DNA of 44,262 bases from a virus (taxonomy: Duplodnaviria; Caudoviricetes), in IMG/VR virus record IMGVR_UViG_3300044709_000069, positions 1-44,262 of that record; one strand, 5' to 3'. This document shows positions 1 through 7,721 of this stretch, piece after piece (the first letter of the stretch is position 1; each line of letters begins with the position of its first letter). The notes under the pieces are model-generated. The model made no database searches and was not told the origin of the DNA. It was given only the letters and a program-made list of their open reading frames with translations. Both the position numbers and the translations under genes were made by a program.

Positions 1-470
1 TAAGGCCGCATGGTCATCGATGGCGGCTTCGATTTCGGCAACGAGCTGGGCGGCGAGGTCGTCAGCAGGTTCGGTCATGTCGTTCCTACCGTAATCGGTG
101 GCGGCGTCGGAATCTCGCGGTCGGTCGGTTTCCAAAGGTGCAAAGTGAACGGATGTTGATTGATGTATTCCGATTTCTTCGGATGGAGTTGCATCACCAC
201 ATCTTCCTCATCCCAGCAGATATCTTTCACGAAGGCCATTTCCTTCCATGTCGGTGTCCGCTGCTGGCCGAGTCGCCCTTTGCCGCGATAGGCATGAACA
301 CTGACGTGCTCCCATTGAATGTCGCCATCGGCATCCGAGCAAATCAGCGTCAAGCGCCAGCCCGGCTCTGGCGAGTTGAGATGGAACGTGCCGTTGTTGC
401 CATCGGCACTCGTCGTGCCGAGGATCGGGTGCGTGATGTCGCGTGCGTGCTCGGGAACATGGAAGGCCAT
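1..470 (-). repeat. Inverted, diverged copy of 4309-4778
   Basis: 1-104 is identical to the reverse complement of 4675-4778; 105-470 differs from 4309-4674 at about 37 of 366 positions by hand count, mostly third codon positions. Confidence 0.95.
75..470 (-). CDS. Conserved phage hypothetical protein, variant allele of 4309-4704
   Basis: 131 aa with 6 substitutions versus the 4309 copy; WEHVSV...PTWKEM...QLHP...HLW motif. Confidence 0.85.
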   Translation of the reverse strand: MAFHVPEHARDITHPILGTTSADGNNGTFHLNSPEPGWRLTLICSDADGDIQWEHVSVHAYRGKGRLGQQRTPTWKEMAFVKDICWDEEDVVMQLHPKKSEYINQHPFTLHLWKPTDREIPTPPPITVGTT

Positions 471-475
471 AATAA

Positions 476-497
476 GGGAATTATATACTTGACTCCC
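476..497 (+). repeat. Left inverted repeat of the IS (GGGAATTATATACTTGACTCCC)
   Basis: Exact reverse complement of 2470-2491; recurs at 44171-44192. Confidence 0.97.
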
Positions 498-517
498 TTA
501 CCGATTTGAGCTATTCT
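489..517 (+). promoter_or_regulatory. Sigma70-type promoter at the IS left end, probably giving a leaderless mRNA
   Basis: TTGACT-17 bp-TATTCT, then 6 nt to the ATG at 524. Confidence 0.75.
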
Positions 518-523
518 TAGGTC

Positions 524-724
524 ATGGAAACAACAGCTCGCGAGCAACTGGTAGCCGGAATCGCCGCCCTGACGACTGACCAAATCCGTAATGCGGTGGC
601 GGCCATCGGTGGCGGCCACGTCGATACCGAGAACCGAATGGTGCGCGCTTACCTCATCGAAGAACTCATCACCCGCGAAGGCGTCGAAGCTGGCGACGCC
701 CTCATGGATTCGCTGGGGCTGTAG
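524..724 (+). CDS. IS-borne hypothetical protein (66 aa)
   Basis: Directly after the promoter; stop abuts the transposase ATG. Confidence 0.75.
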   Translation: METTAREQLVAGIAALTTDQIRNAVAAIGGGHVDTENRMVRAYLIEELITREGVEAGDALMDSLGL

Positions 725-1645
725 ATGTCGAAAAGCACCATCTCCACGTTCCAACTGTTCGAGCGGTTTCCCGACAAGGAAGCCGCTCGCGTCTACCTGG
801 AAGGCCGTCTGTGGCCTAACGGCGTCATCTGCCCGGTCTGCAAGGCCGGTGAACGGATCACCGTCAGGAAGGCCGGCTACTACCGCTGTAACGCCTGCCA
901 GGAGGACTTCACCGTCCGAACGGGCACCGTCATGGAGCGCAGCCATATCCCCCTGCACAAGTGGCTGTACGCCATGTATCTGCTCGTCACGGCTCGCAAG
1001 GGGATCTCCAGCCTTCAACTGGCGAAGGAGATCGGCGTCACCCAGAAGACGGCATGGTTCCTGTTGCACCGTCTCCGCGAAGCGTGCGGCGGGCGGAACC
1101 TGCGGAAGCTGCGCGGCATCATCGAAATCGACGAAACATTCGTCGGCGGCCTGGAGGGCAACAAGCACGAAAACAAAAAGCTGCACGCGGGACGCGGGCC
1201 AGTCGGCAAAACGGCCGTGCTCGGCATGAAGGAACGCGGCGGCCGGATGCAGGTGCGGCCGTCCGGTCAAATGACGTTCGATGAAATCCACGGCGAGATT
1301 CACAACAACATCGAACCGGGCTCGCAGCTCTACACCGACGACAGCGCCATCTTCGAAGGGCTCGACGGCCTGTTCTTTCGGCACGACACCATCAACCACA
1401 GCATCGGGGAATACGCACGCGGCGCGGCGCACACGAACAGCATCGAAAGCGTGTGGGCGGTTCTGAAGCGCGGCCTGATGGGTGTCTACCATCAGGTGAG
1501 CCCGAAGCATCTGCCGCGCTACGTGGACGAGTTCACGTTCCGCCTGAACGAAGGTAACGTCAAGATCCACACACTCGACCGGCTCGACTCGTTCGTAGAC
1601 GGCATGGCCGACAAGCGCCTGACCTACAAGGGGCTGATTCAATGA
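725..1645 (+). CDS. IS1595-family DDE transposase
   Basis: N-terminal Zn ribbon (CPVC...CNAC), HTH (ISSLQLAKEIGVTQKTAW), catalytic motifs EIDETFVGG / LYTDD / HTNSIESVW, C-terminal YVDEFTFRLN. Confidence 0.96.
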   Translation: MSKSTISTFQLFERFPDKEAARVYLEGRLWPNGVICPVCKAGERITVRKAGYYRCNACQEDFTVRTGTVMERSHIPLHKWLYAMYLLVTARKGISSLQLAKEIGVTQKTAWFLLHRLREACGGRNLRKLRGIIEIDETFVGGLEGNKHENKKLHAGRGPVGKTAVLGMKERGGRMQVRPSGQMTFDEIHGEIHNNIEPGSQLYTDDSAIFEGLDGLFFRHDTINHSIGEYARGAAHTNSIESVWAVLKRGLMGVYHQVSPKHLPRYVDEFTFRLNEGNVKIHTLDRLDSFVDGMADKRLTYKGLIQ

Positions 1646-2037
1646 GCACCTACACCAAGTTGGAGCACTGGAACTACAGCGGCTTGCCGCCAGTCGAGCG
1701 GTACAACGCCGTTGTAGATCGCGCGAACGACTGTCTTCGTATTCTTCAGGACATCGCGAACCAGTGGGAGGGCGCGGAGTGGTGCGACGAGGCAGTCCGC
1801 TTTTTGGCCGCTGACGCTGGTCCACGGTGTACGGGCTGTGGAACACCGAAGCGCATATGCGATGACTGGAAGAGACAAGGCACTACAGCCTGCTGTCCGG
1901 ACTGCAAGCATACGGCTGACAGATGCGATGGACGTTACCCGGTGCCACAAACAGCGCCGCCACGCGATGAGCCGTTCGATGTGACCTATCGGTGCGCTCT
2001 GCCCAAGGGCCACGACGGGCCACACGGCGCGACGTAA
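1642..2037 (+). CDS. IS passenger, Cys-rich hypothetical protein
   Basis: ATGA overlap with the transposase; CTGC, CCPDC and CALPKGHDGPH motifs. Confidence 0.75.
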   Translation: MSTYTKLEHWNYSGLPPVERYNAVVDRANDCLRILQDIANQWEGAEWCDEAVRFLAADAGPRCTGCGTPKRICDDWKRQGTTACCPDCKHTADRCDGRYPVPQTAPPRDEPFDVTYRCALPKGHDGPHGAT

Positions 2038-2264
2038 TGACGCCGTGGCAGTGTGCCTGCGAGCGGTGGAACGCCGCTCACCACAGGAAATGTCGTAACT
2101 GCTGGAGATGGAAACGAACGCACATGACGACCAAGACGAAAGTACCGAAGCAACTCGACGCCATCGCTGATGTTGTTCTGGCCTACAAGCCGAAGGCGAA
2201 ATCCAAGCCAGCGATACAGCGGAAGCGACGGGCCGCGAAGATTGCGAGAAAAGCCAATGAGTGA
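2037..2264 (+). CDS. IS passenger, small basic protein (alternative start 2124)
   Basis: TAATG coupling; CAC...CRNC followed by PKQLDAIADVVLAYKPK and a basic tail. Confidence 0.6.
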   Translation: MTPWQCACERWNAAHHRKCRNCWRWKRTHMTTKTKVPKQLDAIADVVLAYKPKAKSKPAIQRKRRAAKIARKANE

Positions 2265-2457
2265 GCACCCTTACGTGCGCGCGGTGGCCGGCCATACGGC
2301 TGTCCATTACGGCAACGAGCGGGCGGTAGAGTGCGGGGCAGAACCGCCGTTCCGCTACTCGCATCGGCCGGAGGATGTGACGTGTCGGACGTGTCGCGGC
2401 TGGCTGCCCATCGTCGCTGGTGACGCGTGGGCTCCGAAGCCGGAGCCGGAATCGTAA
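2257..2457 (+). CDS. IS passenger, putative Zn-binding protein (66 aa)
   Basis: Overlaps the previous stop; H...CG...VTCRTC; ends 12 bp before the right IR. Confidence 0.65.
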   Translation: MSEHPYVRAVAGHTAVHYGNERAVECGAEPPFRYSHRPEDVTCRTCRGWLPIVAGDAWAPKPEPES

Positions 2458-2469
2458 TTTACCATGCAC

Positions 2470-2491
2470 GGGAGTCAAGTATATAATTCCC
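2470..2491 (-). repeat. Right inverted repeat of the IS
   Basis: GGGAGTCAAGTATATAATTCCC. Confidence 0.97.
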
Positions 2492-2762
2492 CATCTTTGC
2501 CGTTGGTGCCGCCCGTCATCCCACCCGTGTTGGCATATGAGTCGCCAAGGTTCAGCCATACGGTGCCGGTCGCTTTCAGCACCCGCCAGACGTCGCGAAA
2601 GACGGCCACGAGAGTCGTCACATAGTCGAGCGGCGACGCTTCCAGTCCGATTTGCTGAGGATGGCCGTAATCGCGCAATGCGAAGTACGGCGGCGAGGTG
2701 ACGCAGCAATCAACGGTCTGCTGGCGCAAGGGCAGGAACCGCGCATCAGCGCGCAGCAGCAT
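2475..2762 (-). pseudogene. N4C/N6A DNA methyltransferase, 5' part, interrupted by the IS
   Basis: DCCVTSPPY catalytic motif, VFRDVWRVLK.TGTVWLNLGDSY; frame runs into the right IR and stops. Confidence 0.92.
2492..2499 (+). repeat. Target-site duplication CATCTTTG (partner at 44163-44170)
   Basis: The same 8-mer abuts the right IR here and the left IR at 44171; 8-bp duplications are typical of IS1595. Confidence 0.93.
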
Positions 2763-2982
2763 CGGTGCCCAGCGGTTTGACCAGCTCCCAAGCCGCACAG
2801 ACCGCCCGATAGAAGGCTTCTGCGTTCACTTCGGCTGTGAATGTGCCATGCCCATCTGACAGTAAAAATGTCGGCGTCTGCGTGTACATGTCGTACCGCA
2901 ATGCCTCAATCCGAAAGTCGTCACGGACCGGCACGTCCCCAGCTTGTTGGTGCCGAATCTCCACGGTTAACCGACTGCTCAT
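2746..2982 (-). CDS. Hypothetical protein (78 aa)
   Basis: ATGA overlap with the HTH gene; overlaps the methyltransferase start. Confidence 0.65.
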   Translation of the reverse strand: MSSRLTVEIRHQQAGDVPVRDDFRIEALRYDMYTQTPTFLLSDGHGTFTAEVNAEAFYRAVCAAWELVKPLGTDAAAR

Positions 2983-3173
2983 GCGGCGTCAATCTCAGTG
3001 GGCCGCTTTTTCAGGCCGAGAGCGGTGAGTAGGCGCGGACTAGCCTTCCGTTTTCCTCGAAGCACTTGCGAGAGATACGCTTGCGTGATGCCGAGTTGAT
3101 CGGCGAGTTCCCGTTGACTGCCCGCCAGTTTCACCTGTCGCGCCAGATACGCCAGGAATTGAATTTCCGTCAT
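2979..3173 (-). CDS. Cro/XRE-like helix-turn-helix regulator (64 aa)
   Basis: GSQRELADQLGITQAYLSQVLRG; ATG is 6 nt after TGCTATACT. Confidence 0.88.
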   Translation of the reverse strand: MTEIQFLAYLARQVKLAGSQRELADQLGITQAYLSQVLRGKRKASPRLLTALGLKKRPTEIDAA

Positions 3174-3231
3174 GGTCCGAGTATAGCAGATTGCTATTGA
3201 CACGTTACAAGCACTTTGCTATTCTCTGTTC
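3174..3231. promoter_or_regulatory. Divergent promoter pair with two palindromic operator-like sites
   Basis: Plus strand TTGACA(3197)-17 bp-TATTCT(3220); minus strand extended -10 TGCTATACT; TAGCAgatTGCTA at 3184-3196 and AAGCActtTGCTA at 3209-3221. Confidence 0.8.
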
Positions 3232-3471
3232 ATGAGCATTCGAGAACGGGATCTGAGAGCGCACTTCCCGCCGCGTGTCAACGCCTTCGGGCGCCCCATC
3301 AAATCGCGCACATTCGGCACGCCGACGACGACCGACCCCGACGCCCGCTGCCACTGCGGCGAGCTCGTCATCGACCACTACTACATCCCGGCCGATGACC
3401 CGCACCGCGCCATTCACCGTCGGAGCTGCGCGCACACGAAGGCGTTTCGCTTACCGAAAGAAGGGCTGTGA
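3232..3471 (+). CDS. Hypothetical early protein (79 aa)
   Basis: ATG 6 nt after the -10 box; CHCG...H...C motif. Confidence 0.7.
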   Translation: MSIRERDLRAHFPPRVNAFGRPIKSRTFGTPTTTDPDARCHCGELVIDHYYIPADDPHRAIHRRSCAHTKAFRLPKEGL

Positions 3472-3854
3472 TGGAACGCGGCGCCGCTATCCGAAAACTC
3501 ATGAAGGTGCTCGGCCCAAAAGCCTACTGGCGCATCAACAAAGGCATCTCGTCGCCTGAGCGTCGTCACACACAACAGTTGTCGTATCTCGATGCGCAAT
3601 GGCAAGCCGCCATGTATGCGCGCGACCGCGATCTGATTCGTGAACGTCTGCTGAATGTGCCCGAGTATCTTGAGGTCAAGGCGGCATACGTCGCCGCCAC
3701 GCAACGAAAGGAATCAGTCGGTTGCCAACCGTATTACCGCTTTGAAGTGGGCACCGCCGACAATCTCGGCGTGTTCAACGCGCTCCATCCCAAGGCCAGC
3801 GGCGATACATGGGAAGAGGTATTCGCGCAACTCGCAGCGAAGGAGGAGCGATGA
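3468..3854 (+). CDS. Hypothetical protein
   Basis: Coupled start/stop overlaps on both sides. Confidence 0.7.
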   Translation: MMERGAAIRKLMKVLGPKAYWRINKGISSPERRHTQQLSYLDAQWQAAMYARDRDLIRERLLNVPEYLEVKAAYVAATQRKESVGCQPYYRFEVGTADNLGVFNALHPKASGDTWEEVFAQLAAKEER

Positions 3855-4306
3855 GCCCGATGCTGTTCGATCCACATGACCTCCCGTCCGCCGATGATCC
3901 GAGCGAGAGCCTGGAAGAGACGGTCGAAAAACTCATGGCCGCGGTCGACCGCCACGTCATCCGCATGGACCGCATCCGCGAGGTGCTGAGCGATTTTTAC
4001 AAAGCGCAACTCTCGGCGAGCAGCGTGCAAGCGGTCCTCGATCTCGCCGTTGAACTCGATCCGACGCTGATCAAGCACCTGACGCGGCACGATCCGCCCA
4101 GCACCATCGTCCGGCGCCATCTGGTGTGCGATGCGTGTCAGAACGGGTATCACGACGACCGGGGCATCGCCGATCCGTGGGAGCTGCCCGTTTGCGTGCA
4201 TGGCTCCGACCACGGGGCGGTCCATTTGATGCGCGTCGCGTCGCTTGAACTGTTGCCGACGCCACCGGTCGCCGACGTCATCACGCCGGAATCGGCCTCT
4301 TTCTGA
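3851..4306 (+). CDS. Hypothetical protein with Cys/His cluster
   Basis: AGGAGG before ATG 3851; CDAC...H...CVH. Confidence 0.7.
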   Translation: MSPMLFDPHDLPSADDPSESLEETVEKLMAAVDRHVIRMDRIREVLSDFYKAQLSASSVQAVLDLAVELDPTLIKHLTRHDPPSTIVRRHLVCDACQNGYHDDRGIADPWELPVCVHGSDHGAVHLMRVASLELLPTPPVADVITPESASF

Positions 4307-4308
4307 TC

Positions 4309-4704
4309 ATGGCCTTTCATGTGCCTGAGCACACGCGCGACGTCACGCATCCGATTCTCGGCACGACGAGCGCCGATGGCAACAACGGCGCGTTCCATCT
4401 CAATTCGCCTGAGCCGGGCTGGCGCTTGACGCTGATTTGCTCGGATGCCGATGGCGAGATTCGCTGGGAGCATGTCAGTGTCCATGCCTACCGCGGTAAA
4501 GGCCGACTCGGTCAGCAACGGACGCCGACGTGGAAGGAAATGGCCTTCGTGAAAGATATCTGCTGGGACGAGGAAGATGTCGTGATGCAGCTCCATCCAA
4601 AGAAGTCGGAATACATCAATCAGCATCCGTTCACTTTGCATCTTTGGCGTCCAACCGACCGCGAGATTCCCACCCCGCCACCGATTACGGTAGGAACGAC
4701 ATGA
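4309..4704 (+). CDS. Conserved phage hypothetical protein (WEHVS...PTW.EM...HLW family)
   Basis: Mostly synonymous divergence from the 75-470 allele indicates a real gene under purifying selection. Confidence 0.88.
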   Translation: MAFHVPEHTRDVTHPILGTTSADGNNGAFHLNSPEPGWRLTLICSDADGEIRWEHVSVHAYRGKGRLGQQRTPTWKEMAFVKDICWDEEDVVMQLHPKKSEYINQHPFTLHLWRPTDREIPTPPPITVGTT

Positions 4705-4916
4705 CCGAACCTGCTGACGACCTCGCCGCCCAGCTCGTTGCCGAAATCGAAGCCGCCATCGATGACCATGCGGCCTTAGTCAAACATTGCCTCAAAGCGT
4801 TGGAGGTTGCTGGCGTTCCTTTGTCGTGCCAAACCGCAGGCGCGCTGCACGAACTCGCCGACGCCATGCAGGCCATCATCCATCAGCACATCGCCGACGA
4901 AGGGCTCGAGCCGTGA
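4701..4916 (+). CDS. Hypothetical protein (71 aa)
   Basis: ATGA coupling; ends DEGLEP. Confidence 0.65.
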   Translation: MTEPADDLAAQLVAEIEAAIDDHAALVKHCLKALEVAGVPLSCQTAGALHELADAMQAIIHQHIADEGLEP

Positions 4917-5107
4917 AGGCACCTTCCGATCCGTTTCTGATCGATGCTCTCGGCTGTAGTCGATTCGTGCGGGATGTGCTGCGCCGCTACACGAAGAAGG
5001 GCAAAGATTTGGATGATGCCGTGTATTGGGCGGCGCGCTGGGCGTTTCATTGGGCGCAACGGAGTCTGGCGTGGCAGGCACTCCACGAGGAAGGGATCGA
5101 GCCGTGA
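4913..5107 (+). CDS. Hypothetical protein (64 aa) bracketed by 22-bp imperfect direct repeats
   Basis: GTGA coupling; ends EEGIEP; repeats at 4895-4916 and 5086-5107. Confidence 0.6.
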   Translation: MKAPSDPFLIDALGCSRFVRDVLRRYTKKGKDLDDAVYWAARWAFHWAQRSLAWQALHEEGIEP

Positions 5108-5268
5108 GACACAGCAAAATCGACAAAGCCATCGCGCAGCTCGAGGACGAAATCAAAGTATTGCAGTTGGCGATTCTGAAACTGCGTGCACAGCAGCCAC
5201 CCGCGAAACCGTCGAAACCCCAGAAAGCCATCGCGCTTCTGAAAACGAAGCCGGAGCAATCCGCATGA
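5104..5268 (+). CDS. Small coiled-coil protein (54 aa)
   Basis: GTGA/ATGA coupling; IDKAIAQLEDEIKVLQLAILKL. Confidence 0.6.
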   Translation: MRHSKIDKAIAQLEDEIKVLQLAILKLRAQQPPAKPSKPQKAIALLKTKPEQSA

Positions 5269-6287
5269 GCACCGATGCCATCATCGACCTGTCGCCCTCC
5301 ACGGCACTCACCGTGCCGACGCGCGGCTCCGTCCTGCTCATGCCCGTCATGGACGTGCCAACCGCGCTCGCCCGTCTGAAGGAATTCCAATCCTTCTGCG
5401 CTGAATACCTGCAAGAGTCGAAGGATGGCGGTCAAGACGGCGGGGATTACGGCGTCATTCCCGGCACGAAGAAGAAAACGCTGTTGAAGTCCGGCGCGGA
5501 AAAGCTCTGCGAGATTTACGGGCTGGCCGATGAATACGTCATGCTTCGCGAAGTCGAGAACTGGGACACTGGGCTTTTTGCCTACACACTGAAATGCGTG
5601 CTCAAGAGTCGGCGTGATGATTCCGTCGTCGGCGAGGGACTGGGGTCCTGTTCGTCATTCGAGAGCAAATACCGCTGGCGCGAACAGCAAAAAACCTGCC
5701 CGCAGTGTGGAGCCGCAGCCATCATCAAGGGTAAGGAGCAATACGGCGGCGGCTGGCTCTGTTGGAACAAGAAGGGCGGCTGCGGCGCGAAGTTTCCTGA
5801 TGGTGACAAGGGCATCGAGCGGCAGCCGGTGGGACGCATCGAGAATCCCGACATCATCGACACGAAGAACACCATCATCAAGATGGCGAAGAAGCGCGCG
5901 AAGATTGATGCCGTCATCGGTGTGACGCGCTCGAGCGGCATCTTCGCGCAAGACTTGGACGAGATTCAGCCGACGCCGACACGGCCCGTCGTTGCCGAGG
6001 AACCGGCGAAGCCAGCCAAGCAGCCGCAGAATTCCACCGCGCCGAGCGCGCAGACGCCCGCGCCGTCGAACGGCGACACCATCACCGAAGCGCAGAAGAA
6101 ACTGCTGTTTGCCACGTCTCGGCGCGCCGGCTGGAAGGATGCCGAACTCAAGCAATGGCTGCTCGACCTCTGGAATTATGAGAGTACCACAGCGATCACG
6201 CGCAAGCACTTCGACGCGATCCTTGAACAGTTGAAAATCGGACGCACCGCAGACAGCGACATGCGGCTGGACGGTCAGGATGTCTAA
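5265..6287 (+). CDS. Putative single-strand annealing/recombination protein with inserted Zn finger
   Basis: DYGVIPGTKKKTLLKSGAEKL and NTIIKMAKKRA motifs; CPQCG...CWNKKGGCG; adjacent to a nuclease; function inferred from context. Confidence 0.6.
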   Translation: MSTDAIIDLSPSTALTVPTRGSVLLMPVMDVPTALARLKEFQSFCAEYLQESKDGGQDGGDYGVIPGTKKKTLLKSGAEKLCEIYGLADEYVMLREVENWDTGLFAYTLKCVLKSRRDDSVVGEGLGSCSSFESKYRWREQQKTCPQCGAAAIIKGKEQYGGGWLCWNKKGGCGAKFPDGDKGIERQPVGRIENPDIIDTKNTIIKMAKKRAKIDAVIGVTRSSGIFAQDLDEIQPTPTRPVVAEEPAKPAKQPQNSTAPSAQTPAPSNGDTITEAQKKLLFATSRRAGWKDAELKQWLLDLWNYESTTAITRKHFDAILEQLKIGRTADSDMRLDGQDV

Positions 6288-7101
6288 GTTCAAGTGGTCG
6301 CCGTCCGCGCTGAATCTCCTGGCAACCTGCGGAGAAGCCTTCCGGCGTCGGTATGTGGAAGGCGAACGGTTCCCGTCGTCGCCGCGTCAACTCCGCGGGC
6401 GCGCGGTCCATCATGTCGCGCAGACCGCGTACACGCGCGTGTTGCACGCTGAAGCCTTGCCGACTGCGGAAGAAGCGCATGATCTTGCCGCCACCCGCTT
6501 TGAGTCCGATTGGTCCGAAGGTGTCCAGCTCGAGCCGGATGAACAAGTCGCTGGCGAACAATTCACCAAAGGGGAGTCGCTGGACTTCGCCGTTGACTTG
6601 GCGGGTTTTCATGTGACGCGCGTTGCTCCAACGGTGCAGCCCGTTGCCGTTGAAGAAGCGATGACTGCACAACTGCCGGAATCCGATGTCTTGGTGCACG
6701 GCATCATCGACTTGATTGCGCTGACACCCAGCGGTGAAGTGATCAGGGATGTCAAAACGAGCGAGAAAAGCCCGAACGTGAACGCGGCCGACAACTCATT
6801 GCAGTTGACGGTCTATAGTGCGTTGTATCAAGCTGAGATGGGCCATCTTCCGCTCTCGTTGCAGCTTGACTACCTCACGCGCTCGCCGGTGCGGAAAACG
6901 AAAGGCTTTATCCCGCTGGTAACGCGCCGAGACAATGAGGATCTGAAAGTGTTAGGTGCTCGCGTGCAAGCGGCCGTGAGTGTCGCGGATGCTGGCCGAT
7001 ATCTCCCCGCGGCACCTGATTCATGGGCCTGTAGTGCAAAGTTTTGCAGTTTCCACTCGACTTGCAAGTATGTCCGCCGTGGCGCACGGCCGACTAGCTA
7101 A
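6280..7101 (+). CDS. PD-(D/E)XK RecB-like exonuclease
   Basis: WSPSAL...C, GIIDLI...IRDVKT, QLTVY, C-terminal C...C...C cluster. Confidence 0.88.
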   Translation: MSKFKWSPSALNLLATCGEAFRRRYVEGERFPSSPRQLRGRAVHHVAQTAYTRVLHAEALPTAEEAHDLAATRFESDWSEGVQLEPDEQVAGEQFTKGESLDFAVDLAGFHVTRVAPTVQPVAVEEAMTAQLPESDVLVHGIIDLIALTPSGEVIRDVKTSEKSPNVNAADNSLQLTVYSALYQAEMGHLPLSLQLDYLTRSPVRKTKGFIPLVTRRDNEDLKVLGARVQAAVSVADAGRYLPAAPDSWACSAKFCSFHSTCKYVRRGARPTS

Positions 7102-7111
7102 GAGGTGAGAT

Positions 7112-7378
7112 ATGGCGCGAGGACCGTTGAGCGCGGAGCAGAAGAAACGGATTGCGAAGGCGCAGAAGAAACGCTGGAAAGCTTGGCGTAAAGAGCACGC
7201 AGTCCGCATTGCCCTGCCGCCGGTCGATGACGTGCCGACGAATGGCCCGCCGAGCAACGGCAGCGTGCAGGTCGATCATCGCCTGCTGCTGTCGATCAGC
7301 GGCCACGAGCTGCAACTCACGCTGGACGAGGCTCGCCATTTGCGCGATGCGTTATCGAATGCGCTGCCCGCGTCATGA
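7112..7378 (+). CDS. Small basic, putative DNA-binding protein
   Basis: GAGGTG RBS; LSAEQKKRIAKAQKKRW. Confidence 0.7.
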   Translation: MARGPLSAEQKKRIAKAQKKRWKAWRKEHAVRIALPPVDDVPTNGPPSNGSVQVDHRLLLSISGHELQLTLDEARHLRDALSNALPAS

Positions 7379-7494
7379 GACGCTATCCGCGCGAGTGGAA
7401 GACGAACGGCAATCAGCAACTCCGGCACTGGATCGCTTTCCTGCTCCGGTCGTGGCGCGCAGAACGCCGACGCCGAAGGCTGGTGACGTCATGA
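7375..7494 (+). CDS. Small basic protein (39 aa)
   Basis: ATGA overlaps at both ends; flanked by CGTCATGA twice. Confidence 0.5.
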   Translation: MRRYPREWKTNGNQQLRHWIAFLLRSWRAERRRRRLVTS

Positions 7495-7721
7495 TTACCA
7501 GGCGCGATGCGTTGATTGTTGTCGGCGGGTTGTTGACCGCCGGCCAGCCACAACGACAGGAAGCCTCGGGCACCTGCCGCCGCCCCACGACTTTAGTGCT
7601 CGACCTCGGTGACGGGGCGTGCAGCGTCCAGCAGATCACAGTCGTGCAAGGCGCGATCAGCGCGACGATTCCGACGGCGGAGCTGCTCGCCGCGCTGGGC
7701 GCGAGGTTGAATGGCGACTGA
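7491..7721 (+). CDS. Small protein with a twin-arginine-like signal (76 aa)
   Basis: MITRRDALIVVGGLLTAG. Confidence 0.6.
   Translation: MITRRDALIVVGGLLTAGQPQRQEASGTCRRPTTLVLDLGDGACSVQQITVVQGAISATIPTAELLAALGARLNGD

Larger units (their letters stand above)
476..2491 (+). mobile_element. IS1595-family element with passenger genes (2,016 bp)
   Basis: Perfect 22-bp terminal inverted repeats, IS1595-type transposase, 8-bp target duplication CATCTTTG. Confidence 0.95.

Noticed and set aside
350-1846. 498-aa minus-strand ORF over the transposase
   Set aside because: Antisense shadow of a GC-rich gene; it crosses the IS boundary and is out of frame with the methyltransferase 3' half.
476-2491. Self-splicing intron, IStron or intein rescuing the methyltransferase
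   Set aside because: In-frame stop inside the right IR, no intron core or intein motifs seen, and an ordinary target duplication is present.
1-4778. Diversity-generating retroelement template/variable repeat, or invertible segment
   Set aside because: No reverse transcriptase or invertase; differences are mostly synonymous and not adenine-specific.
6280-7101. Cas4 / CRISPR system
   Set aside because: No array or other cas genes; context fits a phage recombination exonuclease.
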